Shown here piece by piece: positions 26,707 to 27,741 of a stretch of 27,741 bases of DNA; the first letter of the stretch is position 1, and the number at the start of each line of letters is the position of its first letter. A model generated the notes under the pieces. That model was given only the letters and a program-made list of their open reading frames with translations, was not told where the DNA came from and ran no database searches. The DNA lies in the IMG/VR virus record IMGVR_UViG_3300022177_000059, positions 1 through 27,741 of that record. The stretch is one strand, 5' to 3'. A program made the translations under genes and the position numbers. Source of the DNA: a virus (taxonomy: Duplodnaviria; Caudoviricetes).

Positions 26707-26892
26707 TTATTCTCCTATAAAACTATTTCTATTATATTTTGATTTGTTGATTTGTTCTGTTAGTAAGTCCCTAATGAACTGACTTTGATTTGTAATATTT
26801 TTAGCCTTACAATAATCTAACCAGTTTTGATAAAATTCATTTTTGCAAGTTACAATAATAAGTTTTGTTTTTTTGTTTGAACAATTTGCCAT
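26707..26892 (-). CDS. Ribbon-helix-helix (CopG/Arc-like) DNA-binding protein
   Basis: Beta-strand KLIIVT, then a helix, then NQSQFIRDLL; strong RBS. Confidence 0.7.
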   Translation of the reverse strand: MANCSNKKTKLIIVTCKNEFYQNWLDYCKAKNITNQSQFIRDLLTEQINKSKYNRNSFIGE

Positions 26893-26930
26893 TTTTACTA
26901 CTCCTAAATAAAAGTTTGTTTACATTATTT

Positions 26931-26958
26931 ATATCGACAATTAATCTAGCCTACTTTG
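26931..26958 (-). promoter_or_regulatory. sigma28/sigmaD-like promoter candidate
   Basis: CAAA-N16-GTCGATAT compared with the sigmaD consensus TAAA-N15/16-GCCGATAT. Confidence 0.4.
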
Positions 26959-26991
26959 AGTTTCAAACATTGTTTTTTCTCCTATAATAGT

Positions 26992-27741
26992 TTAATTTAA
27001 GCACGGTTTAAAAAAGTTATTGTATCTTCTTTCCAGTGCTTCATATTGTTTTAGCAAACATTGATACTGAAGTATCAAATTATTGTAGTCCTGCTTTAAG
27101 TTTTGATACTTTGTCCCTGTAGTGTCATAATTCTTCCCAGAATGCCCCAGGATTGATTTTTGCCTTGTATCCTGACTGACTACAGAAGTATCAAATAAAG
27201 GATGACAGGAAGCAATGTAGAAGGTATTTTGACTATCTGTATAAATATATTTATATTTTTGAAGCAATTTATTCATATATCCTATTTTATCTTTATTGAT
27301 TTTTCTACTTGTCTGCTTTAGATATGAGTCAGAAAAAGATAAAAAGTAGTTTCTTGCCAACTTTTGACTTCCAAAAGATTCAGTAAGTTTTAAAGTCAAA
27401 CGGAAAAGGTAAAATTGAACTTCTTCATAAGTCAAATACTTATTATCTTTATACTGCAAATCTTCTTCCTTTATTTCTTTACGGACAAAATAAAAATTGT
27501 CATATTTTAAAGTATCGCTACCATTAGTATCATTATATTTTTTTATTAGTCCATTATCACTTAAGTTATACATATTCAAAAAGTAGGAAATACACTTTTC
27601 TTTTTTAACCGCAAAAAGATTTATTGATTTGTATAATACCGATAATTTTTTCTGGTCTGAATCTAAAAATGATAAGTCCAAAAGTCTTTGTAGCTGTCTT
27701 GTTGCTTCTTCAGTTGATAAATTAAATCTGATTTTTTCCAT
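26992..27741 (-). CDS. Hypothetical protein, possible replication initiator
   Basis: 249 aa; HTH/wing-like middle, C-terminal coiled coil; clustered DNA repeats in the 3' part. Confidence 0.5.
   Translation of the reverse strand: MEKIRFNLSTEEATRQLQRLLDLSFLDSDQKKLSVLYKSINLFAVKKEKCISYFLNMYNLSDNGLIKKYNDTNGSDTLKYDNFYFVRKEIKEEDLQYKDNKYLTYEEVQFYLFRLTLKLTESFGSQKLARNYFLSFSDSYLKQTSRKINKDKIGYMNKLLQKYKYIYTDSQNTFYIASCHPLFDTSVVSQDTRQKSILGHSGKNYDTTGTKYQNLKQDYNNLILQYQCLLKQYEALERRYNNFFKPCLN
27061..27195. repeat. Four TTGATACT boxes in alternating orientation (origin-like)
   Basis: TTGATACT at 27061 and 27103; AGTATCAA at 27071 and 27187. Confidence 0.7.

Larger units (their letters stand above)
1..27741. 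mobile_element. Temperate siphophage/prophage (HK97-like head, non-contractile tail); boundaries not visible
   Basis: Integrase plus canonical gene order HNH-terS-terL-portal-protease-capsid-connector-closure-gp10-tail completion-tail tube-chaperones-tape measure. Confidence 0.95.

Noticed and set aside
1-27741. Alternative genetic code (stop reassignment)
   Set aside because: Coding density is high and conserved genes are intact under code 11; TAG ends genes such as the protease at expected positions

Overview
An AT-rich (about 30% GC by eye) temperate siphophage or prophage with an HK97-type head. The window is clipped at two start codons. A + strand tyrosine integrase (1-1344) converges on a minus-strand genome. 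Read right to left, that genome holds: a possible replication initiator with internal repeats; an RHH / ParB-methyltransferase / PD-(D/E)xK nuclease operon; a RuvC-like resolvase; HNH, a cos-like region, TerS, an inserted N6-adenine MTase and TerL; portal, S49 protease and capsid; the head-tail connector and a head-closure protein fused to long Gly-X-Ser/Thr repeats; an inserted beta-helix/LamG appendage module; tail genes (frameshifted chaperones, short tape measure); two small membrane proteins; and a sigma70-driven three-gene operon. The main unexplained structure is a late regulon of seven sigmaH-type promoters (RNAGGAWWW-N11/12-RNNGAAT). Two are embedded in coding sequence, and no sigma factor is encoded in the window. 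Other signals are apparent total GATC avoidance, a near-perfect rrn-type boxA, a 16-bp repeat linking the cos region to the putative origin, an integrase lacking its first catalytic Arg, and three unannotated small ORFs. No endolysin, repressor or att site could be identified. All protein calls come from motif recognition and gene order, not database searches.
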